Assembly (NCBI GenBank): GCA_005788035.1
Contig: SXZI01000171.1
Span: 1-50,113, forward strand
Reading direction: 5' to 3'
Length of the DNA: 50,113 bases
Origin: Bacteroidota bacterium
GTDB lineage: Bacteria; Bacteroidota; Ignavibacteria; Kapaibacteriales; UBA961
Both the position numbers and the translations under genes were made by a program. The notes below the pieces were generated by a model. That model was not told the DNA's origin, searched no databases, and was given only the letters and a program-made list of their open reading frames with translations. The first letter of the stretch is position 1. Each line of letters begins with the position of its first letter. Of this stretch, positions 1 to 10,024 are shown in pieces.

Positions 1-411
1 ACTCGGGCCATAGATATCTGCATCAAGCAATCCGACCGTTGCACCTCTTTGAGCGAGAGAGGCAGCAAGATTCGCAGCTATGGTAGATTTGCCAACACCA
101 CCCTTGCCGGAAGAAACAGCGATGAGATGTTTCACAGTTGGTAGAACATTGGGATTAGTCATGCGCGGAATCAATATTTCGCGGACAAAAATCCTGATTT
201 CAAATCCTTCTGTTATTGAAAGAATGCTATCTTTTATAGCATCTTCAATAGTTTTTGCAATCCAATGTACAGGAGGAAACAATTCTATGTAAACTGATAT
301 TGTATTTCCATCTATTTCAATGGCTTTTATCGATTGAAGTTCTCGTAAACTGAGATTGAGATCAGGATCTACAATATGCTCTATTGCTGCATTAATTGTT
401 TGTTCGGTCAT
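1..411 (-). CDS. mrp: Mrp/NBP35 (ApbC) Fe-S cluster carrier ATPase, partial (runs off the window start)
   Basis: Not in the ORF track; translated by hand. ATG at 411 overlaps the mce TGA. Reads [18 protein letters not shown]...[18 protein letters not shown]...[12 protein letters not shown], which has the deviant Walker A and DADIYGPS motifs. Confidence 0.95.
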   Translation of the reverse strand, partial: MTEQTINAAIEHIVDPDLNLSLRELQSIKAIEIDGNTISVYIELFPPVHWIAKTIEDAIKDSILSITEGFEIRIFVREILIPRMTNPNVLPTVKHLIAVSSGKGGVGKSTIAANLAASLAQRGATVGLLDADIYGPS

Positions 412-821
412 TTATTTGATTGTTGAGGTTGGCAAAATTCCATTAATACGCCTCCTGTTGAACCAGGGTGAAGAAATGCAATGTGCATGTCATGAGCACC
501 CGGCACAGGATATTCATTGATGAGTTTGATTCCGTTTTCTTTTGCTTTTGATAAATCATCTGAGATAGAATCAGAAGTGAATGCTATATGATGAATACCT
601 TCGCCACGTTTATTGATGAAATTGGCAATAGGTGAATCATCAGATATAGCCGCAGTCAATTCAATCAGAATGCCATTCAATGAGAATGAAGCAATCTGTA
701 CTTTTTGTGTTTCGACGGTTTCTTCGTGAAATTTCTCAACACCAAAAAGTAATGAATATCGAGCTTTGCTAGCTTCAAGATCTTTTACAGCAATGCCAAT
801 ATGATTGATTGATGTAAGCAT
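408..821 (-). CDS. mce: methylmalonyl-CoA epimerase (VOC family)
   Basis: [36 protein letters not shown] motifs. Confidence 0.93.
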   Translation of the reverse strand: MLTSINHIGIAVKDLEASKARYSLLFGVEKFHEETVETQKVQIASFSLNGILIELTAAISDDSPIANFINKRGEGIHHIAFTSDSISDDLSKAKENGIKLINEYPVPGAHDMHIAFLHPGSTGGVLMEFCQPQQSNK

Positions 822-1582
822 TATGAAGAGTGTTTGGATGTGGATGAATAGACTGCTTCTGCTTGTTGAAGTTCAGCCAATGTATTTATACCCATAAACT
901 CAGATGAATTGAGAGCCGGAATCGCAGCAACAGTATGTCCTTGCTTGTATAAATATCCAATGATGTCTGTGAGATAATATTCGCCTTGAACATTTGCATT
1001 TGAAATGTTAGATAATGCATCAAAGAGGTGACGTGACTGTACGAGAAACATTCCGGTATTGATTTCTTGAATCAATCGTTCTGCATCACTTGCATCTTTT
1101 TCTTCCATGATGCCAACGAAATCACCGTTGGATGTACGTAGGATTCTTCCATATCCCTTTGGTTCATCGAGGAATGTAGAGACAGTAATTGCAATTGGAG
1201 CTGGTGATAAATCTTGAGTTTTATTGAGTAAATCTAATAATGTCTGAGTATTGATTAATGGTGTGTCACCGGTCAAAATCAATACATATCCATCATAATT
1301 CGAAAGTCTTTCTGCAGTTTGCATCACAGCATGCCCAGTTCCCAATTGCTCCAATTGATAAGTAGATTTGATGCCCGGATACTGTTCGAATAGATATTGT
1401 TCAACAATTTCTTTCTTATATCCGATGACAGGCAGTATTTCTTTCGGCTGAAGGGGTATGATTGCATCTAATACATGACCAATCAGTGGTTTGCCACATA
1501 ATTCAGCCATGACTTTGGGTTTATCTGTTAACCCCATCCGAGTGCCCTTGCCTGCAGCAAGAATGATGATGACTACATTCAT
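821..1582 (-). CDS. GlmU-like sugar-phosphate nucleotidyltransferase, uridyltransferase domain only
   Basis: ILAAGKGTRM..PK, QLGTGHAV, GDTPL, GYGRI, EEKDA, EINTG, QGEYYLTD motifs; ends at 253 aa with no beta-helix domain. Confidence 0.88.
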   Translation of the reverse strand: MNVVIIILAAGKGTRMGLTDKPKVMAELCGKPLIGHVLDAIIPLQPKEILPVIGYKKEIVEQYLFEQYPGIKSTYQLEQLGTGHAVMQTAERLSNYDGYVLILTGDTPLINTQTLLDLLNKTQDLSPAPIAITVSTFLDEPKGYGRILRTSNGDFVGIMEEKDASDAERLIQEINTGMFLVQSRHLFDALSNISNANVQGEYYLTDIIGYLYKQGHTVAAIPALNSSEFMGINTLAELQQAEAVYSSTSKHSS

Positions 1583-1591
1583 GAACGTTGA

Positions 1592-1978
1592 TTATGATAG
1601 TAGGTTTTGTGGTTCTATTGAATGAAATCGGTCTACGATATCATTGTTCTCGTTAACCAAGACTATGGTTGGTTTATACAAGCGGGCTTCTTCATCGGAC
1701 ATGCTTGCATAGCTTATGATGATAATGCGATCACCAACAACGCCTTTTCTTGCGGCAGCCCCATTCAAACAAATGGTTTTGCTTCCTCGTTCACCAGGAA
1801 TGATATAGGTTTCTAGGCGTTCGCCATTATTGATATTGACAATGGCAACTTTCTCATATGGTAATAAATCCGCAGCATCCATCAAGTCAGTATCAATGGT
1901 AAGACTACCTTCATAATGCAATTCCGCTTGAGTAATGGTAGCACGGTGTATTTTTGATTTAAACATTATGCGCTCCAT
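1592..1978 (-). CDS. panD: aspartate 1-decarboxylase
   Basis: [16 protein letters not shown] (Gly-Ser cleavage site), NG.RLETY, LNGAAAR. Confidence 0.97.
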   Translation of the reverse strand: MERIMFKSKIHRATITQAELHYEGSLTIDTDLMDAADLLPYEKVAIVNINNGERLETYIIPGERGSKTICLNGAAARKGVVGDRIIIISYASMSDEEARLYKPTIVLVNENNDIVDRFHSIEPQNLLS

Positions 1979-2008
1979 TGCGCAATCCTCATTTTAGGTG
2001 AACAAGCA

Positions 2009-4060
2009 TTAAAAACGTAGAAGCTGATGCAATCGTTCCTTGATCAATTCCTTCGTGGGTATAACAGCATCCATCAATGATTTGTTATATGGAATTGGTA
2101 TATCGGGTGTTGCAATCCTCATGACTGGTGCATCCAGAAATGAAAATGCATCTTCAGTGACCGCTGCTGAAATTTCAGCTCCAAAACCTCCGGTCATGCA
2201 ATCTTCATGAACAATCAAGCAATGTCCTGTCTTTCGTACAGATTGCAATACTGCCTCTCTGTCCCAGGGGCATATGGTCCGCAAATCAATGATTTCAAGA
2301 GAATACTCTTTCAATTCCTGTTGAATGTCAATCACACGATAGAGCATTTCTCCCCAAGTTACGATAGTTGCGTCTGTACCTTCCTTTACAATATTGGCCT
2401 TACCGAATGGTAATACGAATGTATCACCTGGATAATCACCTCTCCCCGAAAATGTATCAAGAAGATTGCGATGTTCCAAAAAAACAGTAGGATCATTTCC
2501 CCGTAATGCCGTTCTGAGTAATCCAACAGCATCACGCACATTGCTTGGGAATGCTATTCTCCAGCCAATAGTGTGTGCAAATATGGCTTCGCCGGATACG
2601 CTATGCCATGGATCGCCAACCACTTTGCTGTGTCCGACAGGTATTCTTACGACAAATGGACAAGCAAATCTATTATTCGTTCTCCATCTTACTGTTCCTG
2701 CATCATTAAATTGCTCCATTGCTGGATCAAGATATTTACGAAATTGGATTTCGGGTACAGGAACCAAGCCGGCAAATGCCAGGCCTATGGATCGTCCTAT
2801 GATCCCTTCTTCAGAAAGAGAAGTATCAAACACTCTGTCTGCCCCATGTTTGATTTGCAAATCCATTGTAGCCCCATGCACTCCTCCTTTCATGCCTACA
2901 TCTTCACCGAAAACCACAACTCTGGGATTTACCATGAGTTCAGTATCGAGCGTGGCGCGAATCCCTTTTATCAACTCCATTCTTGTTTGAGGTTTTTCTT
3001 CAGTAAGAGGCAATAGTCTCAACTGTTCGGGTAATGTTCCGCCAATTTCCTGACTAGTACCTTGAAAGAACACATGATCTTTTATGAAAGAACTATCAGG
3101 AATAGGCAAGGACAATGCAATCTCTAGAGATTGCCTCACTTCAGCTTCGCATTCTTCATACAGACGCATCCATTCTTTTTCTGAGAGAATTTTTTTCTTG
3201 ATGCAAAAGCGCTTCAGTGAATCCATCGGGTCGCGCTCATTTTCTTGACGTTTTTGTTGTTCTGTTTTATACGTTTGGGAATCTTTTCCTGAATGCCCAC
3301 ATAATCTTGGAACATCCAATCGTATGAGAACAGGAGAAATGCGTTTTCTTGCATGTTGGATTGCATTGAAAATCAACTCAGCCGTTTCTTCCGGATTTGT
3401 TCCATCTCCTTCAAGAATGAGAAGATTGGAAAAAGCAGCAAGATTATGCGCAATATTTCCACCGGGTGTTTGATAGTCCCCGGTTACGGATATTCCATAA
3501 TGATTATCCTCTATGAAAAAGATCATAGGATAATTTTGGGTGGTGGCGATAGTGAGTGCAGACCAAAATCCATTCGTAGCACATGAAGCATCACCTCCAA
3601 GCGCAACCGCTATTGATTCATTCCAATCTTGTTCTTCTAGTACAGATGAACGATATACTGCTGCTTGGGCCCACCCAACTGCAGGTGTGAATTGCGCTCC
3701 GACATCACCACTTGCCGGCATTATGGTTACGCCTTTTCGAGGAGGGAGATGATGCACTACGCCAATGTCTCTTCCACCATTCAAGCTACCTGTATTTGAA
3801 ATTGGACCTGCGAATGCTTCTTCAATTGTCATTCCTGCGGCAAGTACAAATGGACGAGAGCGATAATATACTGTGGCACCATCATGAGGATTATTCAAGT
3901 AGTGCGCCAAAATGATTTGACCGAGTTCATGCCCCCTGGCAGAAAATTGATAGAGAACTACTCCTTTTTCAGCCAATTCAAGCTCTTCAATAACATCAAT
4001 CAATCGGGATGTTATAAGGGTTCTAGCTATGCCGATCCAGTCTGATTTCGAGATATTCAT
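2009..4060 (-). CDS. fused 2-oxoacid dehydrogenase E1 alpha/beta (probably branched-chain)
   Basis: TPP motif GDA...EDN, RLCGHS phosphorylation loop, FGEDVG..GGV, DTSLSE, EIQF, IIDLRTI.PWD; 683 aa. Confidence 0.9.
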   Translation of the reverse strand: MNISKSDWIGIARTLITSRLIDVIEELELAEKGVVLYQFSARGHELGQIILAHYLNNPHDGATVYYRSRPFVLAAGMTIEEAFAGPISNTGSLNGGRDIGVVHHLPPRKGVTIMPASGDVGAQFTPAVGWAQAAVYRSSVLEEQDWNESIAVALGGDASCATNGFWSALTIATTQNYPMIFFIEDNHYGISVTGDYQTPGGNIAHNLAAFSNLLILEGDGTNPEETAELIFNAIQHARKRISPVLIRLDVPRLCGHSGKDSQTYKTEQQKRQENERDPMDSLKRFCIKKKILSEKEWMRLYEECEAEVRQSLEIALSLPIPDSSFIKDHVFFQGTSQEIGGTLPEQLRLLPLTEEKPQTRMELIKGIRATLDTELMVNPRVVVFGEDVGMKGGVHGATMDLQIKHGADRVFDTSLSEEGIIGRSIGLAFAGLVPVPEIQFRKYLDPAMEQFNDAGTVRWRTNNRFACPFVVRIPVGHSKVVGDPWHSVSGEAIFAHTIGWRIAFPSNVRDAVGLLRTALRGNDPTVFLEHRNLLDTFSGRGDYPGDTFVLPFGKANIVKEGTDATIVTWGEMLYRVIDIQQELKEYSLEIIDLRTICPWDREAVLQSVRKTGHCLIVHEDCMTGGFGAEISAAVTEDAFSFLDAPVMRIATPDIPIPYNKSLMDAVIPTKELIKERLHQLLRF

Positions 4061-4094
4061 GTGAGAATCAATAGTTTTCGTTCAAAACAGATTG

Positions 4095-4102
4095 CAAAAT
4101 TA
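4095..4102 (-). promoter_or_regulatory. Bacteroidota-type -7 promoter element TAATTTTG upstream of the E1-panD-glmU-mce-mrp run
   Basis: Exact TAnnTTTG match 34 nt upstream of the E1 ATG; no convincing -33 element seen. Confidence 0.55.
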
Positions 4103-4189
4103 CAAATACTATGCTTTTCTATGGGGCACTTATTACAATAAAGTAAGTGTTTGTCATCATTAATTCATGCAGATGGCATATCATTTCCC

Positions 4190-4197
4190 TAAATTTG
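4190..4197 (+). promoter_or_regulatory. Bacteroidota-type -7 promoter element TAAATTTG
   Basis: Exact TAnnTTTG match about 50 nt upstream of the ATG at 4247. Confidence 0.55.
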
Positions 4198-4246
4198 TGG
4201 ATAATATGTCATCTGAAAGTTTTAAGCATAAACTGAGGTAATTATC

Positions 4247-5203
4247 ATGGTGCTTCGCCGATTTATTCGAATAGTCATCGCATTCGCATTGTTCCTTTGC
4301 TTACAGGATTATGCCATTGCTCAGTTCACTCAGCCATTTTTGATGAAAGAAGGGTTGCAATCAGTGAAAAAAGTAGCAGCTGATTCAGGCTGGAAAAGGC
4401 CGATTCTGACAACTGTAGCCACTATTGGGGATACAGCCGGCATTGCAGCAGGCGCTGGTGGGCTATTGACAACTGCATTCGATATGAAAACAGGACGTTC
4501 TCCTGTTTGGATTTATATACTAGGCGTAGAAGATGCAAGCGGGAATTCTGCAACAAAATTACTGGCTTATATCAAAGTTCCGATACTTGGTCTTCAGCAA
4601 TTTCCTTTGCCGCCTGATGCTGTACCGGGAGATATTCCATTCCAGCCGCAAGATTCCATTCCTACCGCATTGGTCATGAATTCGGATGCAATTGTGAATA
4701 AGGTTAATGCAAATGCAACATATCAATCATTCATAAAAGAAAATCCAAAAGCTAAATCTGCTTTTATTGTGTTGTTCACGTCTCCATTCGATATCCCTGA
4801 GACACCATTCACTGCAGGTACTCCACTTTGGAATTTCAACTTTTCTGATCAAGCAGATTCATTGGCTCCTTCGCTCTCTTGTTTCGTTCACGGAGTAACA
4901 GGTGAAACCATTTGTATTGATGCACCATTCACATCAATCAATGAAGAAAATAATAACATTGCTCATGCTTCACTAAAGATACATCCTATTCCGCAAGGAA
5001 TGAATGGTATTCTCCAGTTTTCGAACAATCATACTGATCAATCAGTATTTGTTGTTGTGTCTGATTTGTTGGGAAGGACTGTATTTTCATCGCAATCAAC
5101 CGACACATCTATCATGACATTGCCGCTACTTCCTGCAGGTATTTACATTGCAAGGATTCAAGATGTAAGTGGTATTTCTTCTCTACGTTTTATTCAACAG
5201 TAA
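4247..5203 (+). CDS. secreted protein of unknown function with a T9SS type A C-terminal sorting domain
   Basis: Signal peptide ending AIA-Q; C-terminus IHPIP...VSDLLGRTV...LPAGIYIARI...RFIQQ; GAGGT RBS. Confidence 0.8.
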   Translation: MVLRRFIRIVIAFALFLCLQDYAIAQFTQPFLMKEGLQSVKKVAADSGWKRPILTTVATIGDTAGIAAGAGGLLTTAFDMKTGRSPVWIYILGVEDASGNSATKLLAYIKVPILGLQQFPLPPDAVPGDIPFQPQDSIPTALVMNSDAIVNKVNANATYQSFIKENPKAKSAFIVLFTSPFDIPETPFTAGTPLWNFNFSDQADSLAPSLSCFVHGVTGETICIDAPFTSINEENNNIAHASLKIHPIPQGMNGILQFSNNHTDQSVFVVVSDLLGRTVFSSQSTDTSIMTLPLLPAGIYIARIQDVSGISSLRFIQQ

Positions 5204-5209
5204 ATTACT

Positions 5210-6505
5210 ATGTACGATATCACCAAACAACATGATCCTGAATTATTTGCCGCATTGCTAGGCGAATATAATCGTCAACAGCAAAAGATTGAATTGATCG
5301 CAAGTGAAAATTTCACATCGCAGGCAGTAATGGAAATACAAGGTTCCGTTCTCACCAACAAATATGCGGAAGGGTACCCCGGAAAACGATATTATGGTGG
5401 ATGCGAATGGGTTGATGTAGCTGAGGATTTGGCCCGTGATCGCTTAAAACAATTATTCGGTGCAGAATATGTGAATGTTCAACCACATAGTGGAAGTGGT
5501 GCAAATATGGCGGTCTATTTTGTGTATCTCAAACCCGGCGACACAGTATTGGGTATGGATTTATCGCATGGTGGACATCTCACACATGGATCACCCGTAA
5601 ATTTTTCCGGGAAATTTTACAATTTCATTCCCTATGGTCTAGACAAAGAAACAGGTAGAATTGATTATGATAAAGTTGCAGACCTAGCAAAAGAACATCG
5701 TCCGAAAATGATTACAGTTGGCGCTTCAGCCTACTCAAGAAACATTGACTTCAAAGCATTTAGAACAATCGCTGATTCCGTCGGAGCATTTCTCTTAGCA
5801 GATATTGCGCATCCTGCAGGTTTGATTGCAAAAGGTCGTTTGGATAATCCTGTTCCACATTGTGATATTGTAACAAGTACCACCCATAAAACACTACGCG
5901 GTCCACGTGGCGGGATAATTATGATGGGATCCAATTATGAAAACCCTTTTGGTGCAGTTGCGCCAAAGTCAGGAAGAAAAAAACTCATGGGAGAGCTCAT
6001 TGATTCAATGGTTATGCCGGGAATACAAGGTGGCCCTTTGATGCATGTTATTGCAGCAAAGGCAACTGCTTTCAAAGAAGCACTTTCAGATGAGTTTGAT
6101 ACATATACCAAGCAAGTGGTTAGCAATGCTAATAGCATGGCAAATTCACTTATTTCAATGGGGTATGATATCGTAAGCGGCGGTACCGATAATCACCTTA
6201 TGCTCATAGATTTGCGAAATAAAGGTGTAACAGGCAAACAAGCCGAAATAGCATTAGACTCTGCAGGCATAACCTGTAATAAAAATGCTGTTCCTTATGA
6301 TACCCAACCACCATTGGTAACATCCGGTATTCGTCTTGGAGCAGCTGCTATGACATCAAGGGGTTTTAAAGAGCATGACATGAAGCAGATTGCTGAATTT
6401 ATTGATAAAGTCATTCAACATATCGATCAACCTCAGATTGCGGCTGATGTGAAGCAACAAGTTAGTGAGTACTGTAAAGATTTTCCTATTCATCCACAGA
6501 TATAG
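5210..6505 (+). CDS. glyA: serine hydroxymethyltransferase
   Basis: [41 protein letters not shown]. Confidence 0.99.
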   Translation: MYDITKQHDPELFAALLGEYNRQQQKIELIASENFTSQAVMEIQGSVLTNKYAEGYPGKRYYGGCEWVDVAEDLARDRLKQLFGAEYVNVQPHSGSGANMAVYFVYLKPGDTVLGMDLSHGGHLTHGSPVNFSGKFYNFIPYGLDKETGRIDYDKVADLAKEHRPKMITVGASAYSRNIDFKAFRTIADSVGAFLLADIAHPAGLIAKGRLDNPVPHCDIVTSTTHKTLRGPRGGIIMMGSNYENPFGAVAPKSGRKKLMGELIDSMVMPGIQGGPLMHVIAAKATAFKEALSDEFDTYTKQVVSNANSMANSLISMGYDIVSGGTDNHLMLIDLRNKGVTGKQAEIALDSAGITCNKNAVPYDTQPPLVTSGIRLGAAAMTSRGFKEHDMKQIAEFIDKVIQHIDQPQIAADVKQQVSEYCKDFPIHPQI

Positions 6506-6526
6506 GAATGTTTAGCAGAAAATGAA

Positions 6527-6563
6527 GGGCGGTTAACGTATTACAAGGTTGACCGCTTTTTTT
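6527..6563 (+). terminator. intrinsic terminator after glyA
   Basis: GCGGTTAAC/GTTGACCGC stem followed by T7. Confidence 0.75.
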
Positions 6564-6667
6564 GTACTTTCTTTGCAAATATCATCGACAAATTGTAGTT
6601 TAGGCAAAAATCATACCACGATGCAAAGCAGCAATTGCATCAGGCGTATCCACACAATATTAGCGCC

Positions 6668-7231
6668 ATGATTCTTATAGATTCAATACTAATGGATGAA
6701 GCAATCATCCATGAGCATTTTTCATGCGATGTGCAGGCTTGCAAAGGTGCATGCTGTACCCTCAAAGGTGGGGAGGGAGCTCCATTGGATAAAAGGGAAA
6801 TTCCGTTTATAAAAGAAGCAATTCCTTCGGTACTTTCCTATCTTGATGAGGAATCTATACAAATTCTCAATGATGAATCATGGATTGGTGGAACACCTGA
6901 TGAACCTTTCGTGCAATGTATTGATGATGCTGATTGTGTTTTTGTATTTAGGGATAAAGGGATTGCCAAATGTGGACTAGAAAAAGCATTTTTTGAAAAG
7001 CAAACCACATTTAGGAAGCCATTGTCATGTCATTTGTTTCCAATTCGTATTCGAAATTTCGGTGGTGATTATCTCAGTTATCAACCATTCGAAGAATGCA
7101 AACCGGCAATTGAGCATGGCAAAAAACAACAGAGTATGGTTATACACTCGGTGCGTGAAGCCTTAATTCGTGCATATGGGGAGAACTGGTATAATCAAGC
7201 ACAAGAATTTATGAGTCAGGAGAGCGAATAA
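6668..7231 (+). CDS. DUF3109 family Cys-rich protein
   Basis: FSCDVQACKGACC..G..GAPL, DCVF, CGLE, KPLSCHLFPIR; start moved to ATG 6668. Confidence 0.85.
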   Translation: MILIDSILMDEAIIHEHFSCDVQACKGACCTLKGGEGAPLDKREIPFIKEAIPSVLSYLDEESIQILNDESWIGGTPDEPFVQCIDDADCVFVFRDKGIAKCGLEKAFFEKQTTFRKPLSCHLFPIRIRNFGGDYLSYQPFEECKPAIEHGKKQQSMVIHSVREALIRAYGENWYNQAQEFMSQESE

Positions 7232-8919
7232 TGGCAATGAAAGTATCTATGAATTTGCAGACATCGCTTCTGCAAACACTAACACCACAACAAATTCAAT
7301 ATTTGAAGCTCCTGCAATTACCAATTTTGCAATTGGAACAACATGTACGTCAGGAAGTTGAGCAGAATCCAATGCTTGATGAGTCTTCAGATGAAATGAT
7401 TTCCATTGAAGAAGATTCGGATTTTGAACCAAGCGAAAATCTCCTAAGCACTGTCCCTAAAGATGTGATGGAGGGCAATGATTATAATGACAAAACATAT
7501 GATTATGATGAACCTGTTCCTTTCGATGCAGAGCACCATGATCCTTTCGATTTTTACGAATTGGCTTGGAATGAAACGAGAACACCAGAACAAGGTTCAG
7601 GTGATTTTGATGATGAAGATGATTATGGTTATAATGAGCAAAGCGAGTTAACCACTTTCACTGATGATCTGATAGAACAAGTGAATATGCTCAATCTCAA
7701 TGATCAAGAAAAACTCTTATGCTATACCATCATCGGAAATTTGGAAGATGATGGTTATTTACGTCGTTCACTCGAAGATTTGGTCGATGATGTCAATACT
7801 AGAATCTTGGAAGAAAATCATAAAGCACATAGAGAATATCTTCGAAGACATAAGCGTTTCTTGGAAGAGTCAATCAAAAAAAACTCCATGTCTAGTAATT
7901 CCTACTTCGACAATCTGGAGGATGAAGATCCAGATCTTGCAGTGGAGGAACCAATTGCTCCAATACCCGTTGCATCAGTAACAATAGAACTGGCTGAAAA
8001 AGCACTGCATTATGTGCAACAACAAGAACCGCCCGGTATAGCAGCAAGGGATCTTCGTGAGTGTTTATTGCTTCAATTGCATGCAAAAAGCAATCCTACG
8101 GATTCTGAGCTATTGGCCCGACGTATATTGGAAAAGAGTTATGATGTATTCGTCATGAAACATTATACAGTTTTGTGCAGACAATTTTCGATAAATGAGG
8201 ATGAACTGAAATCGGCTATTGATGCTATACGCCGTTTGAATCCCAAACCTGGTGGAATGGGAATATCTATGGCAACCACTAGCGTCATACCTGATTTTGT
8301 AATTTCAATCGATGATGATAGTGATGAAATCATGATTAATGTCAATGATACTCGTATTCCTCAGTTGAAGCTGAATAAAATGTATGAAGATTTGAAAAAA
8401 GAAGCTCGATATCGCAAATACAATAAAGAAACAAAAGAATGGCTTCGTAAAAAATATGATGATGCAAAGTTTTTACTTCAAGCCATAAGGCAAAGAAAAA
8501 AGACAATGCTCAAAGTCATGACGGGAATTGCTGGTGCTCAAAAAGATTTCTTCAGATATGGTGAAAGTGCCCTTAAACCATTAATCTATAAAGATGTTGC
8601 AGATGTGACGGGAATGGATGTTTCCACGATTTGCCGCATAGTCAATGGAAAATATGTTCAAACTGATTTCGGAACCTATGAATTACGATTTTTCTTTAGT
8701 GAATCATTGCCGAGCGATGATGGCGAAGAGATATCAACAACAGTCATCAAACAAAAAATAAAAGATTTGATTGATAAGGAACCAAAACTCAAGCCACATA
8801 GTGATGACAAATTGATGTCCGAGCTAAAAAAACAAGGATTGAATGTTGCTCGTAGAACTGTTGCAAAATATAGGGAGCAAATGAGAATTCCTGTTGCTCG
8901 ACTACGTAAAGAATTATGA
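7231..8919 (+). CDS. rpoN: RNA polymerase sigma-54 factor
   Basis: Q-rich region I, GIAARDLRECLLLQL, and the RpoN box ARRTVAKYRE. Confidence 0.98.
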   Translation: MAMKVSMNLQTSLLQTLTPQQIQYLKLLQLPILQLEQHVRQEVEQNPMLDESSDEMISIEEDSDFEPSENLLSTVPKDVMEGNDYNDKTYDYDEPVPFDAEHHDPFDFYELAWNETRTPEQGSGDFDDEDDYGYNEQSELTTFTDDLIEQVNMLNLNDQEKLLCYTIIGNLEDDGYLRRSLEDLVDDVNTRILEENHKAHREYLRRHKRFLEESIKKNSMSSNSYFDNLEDEDPDLAVEEPIAPIPVASVTIELAEKALHYVQQQEPPGIAARDLRECLLLQLHAKSNPTDSELLARRILEKSYDVFVMKHYTVLCRQFSINEDELKSAIDAIRRLNPKPGGMGISMATTSVIPDFVISIDDDSDEIMINVNDTRIPQLKLNKMYEDLKKEARYRKYNKETKEWLRKKYDDAKFLLQAIRQRKKTMLKVMTGIAGAQKDFFRYGESALKPLIYKDVADVTGMDVSTICRIVNGKYVQTDFGTYELRFFFSESLPSDDGEEISTTVIKQKIKDLIDKEPKLKPHSDDKLMSELKKQGLNVARRTVAKYREQMRIPVARLRKEL

Positions 8920-8926
8920 TTGCATT

Positions 8927-10024
8927 ATGTCTCTAGTCACCTTACTTTCCAAATTAGATCATACATTGCGTCCTGCCTTGGGTGCATTGCCAGCCACATT
9001 ATTTACTCGCTTATATTCATCTACCAGGCCTTGGTTTTCCAAGGTTGCAGCTCAAGATGATGTATCTGTTGTTTCAATTCCAGATCAAGTATCTATATCA
9101 TTCAAACATCTTACTTTTAGGTCTTATTTGGGTAATGCTGCCGGAATGTATAAGCAAGCAGAAGGTTATGAGAGAGCATATGCTCAAGGCGCAGGTTTCT
9201 ATCTTTGCGGAACAACTACATCCTTACCAAGAAAAGGGAATACCAAACATGGTATTCTACATCCATTTGTTCCATATCCTAAAACACATGCTGCATCGAA
9301 TTGGCTTGGTTTGCCTAATGATGGTCATAGAGAAACTGCTGCGAAAATTGCAGGTTTTACGAGGTTTGCACATTTCCCAATTGGTGCCAGTATTGCCTTG
9401 GATCCCGGAATGCCCACTGAACAAGCGATGAAAGGATTGATTGAGGGAATGAAAGCATATATTGATGCCGGATGTGATTTTCTGGAGTTAAACGAAAGTT
9501 GTCCGAATGTCCCAGGCCATGATGTGAATCATAGCACACTAGAACTATCTCTTCTTGCGCGATTGGATGCAGTGTCTTCTCAAATAGACCTCTCTTCAAT
9601 ACCTGTATTTGTCAAATTTTCCAATGATACTGATCAAGAATTAGTTCAGCAACTAATGAAGGCATTGATTGATCGTTCCTTTTCTGGAATCAATTTCGGA
9701 AATACCTCAACTCGATATAAAGAAATGGAACATTTGATTCATTCATCAGATAGACATCTCTATGACTATTTCACGAAAGAATTTGGTGGAGGTTTAAGCG
9801 GAGTGATTGTTAGAGAGGCATCAACAGCGTTGATCTCTGAGGCAAAACGCTATCGGGAAGAGTTATCAGTACCTGAATTTATGATTATTGCTACAGGTGG
9901 AATAGAAAGCAAGGAAGATGTGCAGTTTGCAAAACAGAATGGAGCTGACTTGTTGCAATGGTATACCGGTTACTATGAACAATTCGGAAAACATGGCAAT
10001 AACGTGTATTCTGCAATGTATTGA
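8927..10024 (+). CDS. pyrD: divergent dihydroorotate dehydrogenase-like FMN enzyme
   Basis: GNAAGMYK, NWLGLPNDG, ELNESCPN, FVKFS, GNT, GGLSG, IATGGI, GADLLQWYTG; start moved to ATG 8927. Confidence 0.75.
   Translation: MSLVTLLSKLDHTLRPALGALPATLFTRLYSSTRPWFSKVAAQDDVSVVSIPDQVSISFKHLTFRSYLGNAAGMYKQAEGYERAYAQGAGFYLCGTTTSLPRKGNTKHGILHPFVPYPKTHAASNWLGLPNDGHRETAAKIAGFTRFAHFPIGASIALDPGMPTEQAMKGLIEGMKAYIDAGCDFLELNESCPNVPGHDVNHSTLELSLLARLDAVSSQIDLSSIPVFVKFSNDTDQELVQQLMKALIDRSFSGINFGNTSTRYKEMEHLIHSSDRHLYDYFTKEFGGGLSGVIVREASTALISEAKRYREELSVPEFMIIATGGIESKEDVQFAKQNGADLLQWYTGYYEQFGKHGNNVYSAMY

Noticed and set aside
80-292. Plus-strand 70-aa ORF
   Set aside because: Antisense shadow of mrp.
821-900. glmU as a frameshifted pseudogene
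   Set aside because: The stop overlaps the intact mce start and no acetyltransferase remnant follows.
2207-3915. Several plus-strand ORFs (up to 174 aa) within the E1 gene
   Set aside because: Antisense shadows with no recognisable motifs. The same applies to other nested ORFs such as 12691-13125, 28784-29140, 29582-29983 and 34598-34930.
4174-4189. TGGCATATCATTTCCC as a sigma-54 -24/-12 promoter
   Set aside because: The -12 position reads CC instead of the required GC, and an exact TAnnTTTG element lies directly after it.
5930-6000. GlyA insertion [16 protein letters not shown] as a novelty
   Set aside because: A similar insert is typical of Bacteroidota-related GlyA, so it is only a taxonomic hint.
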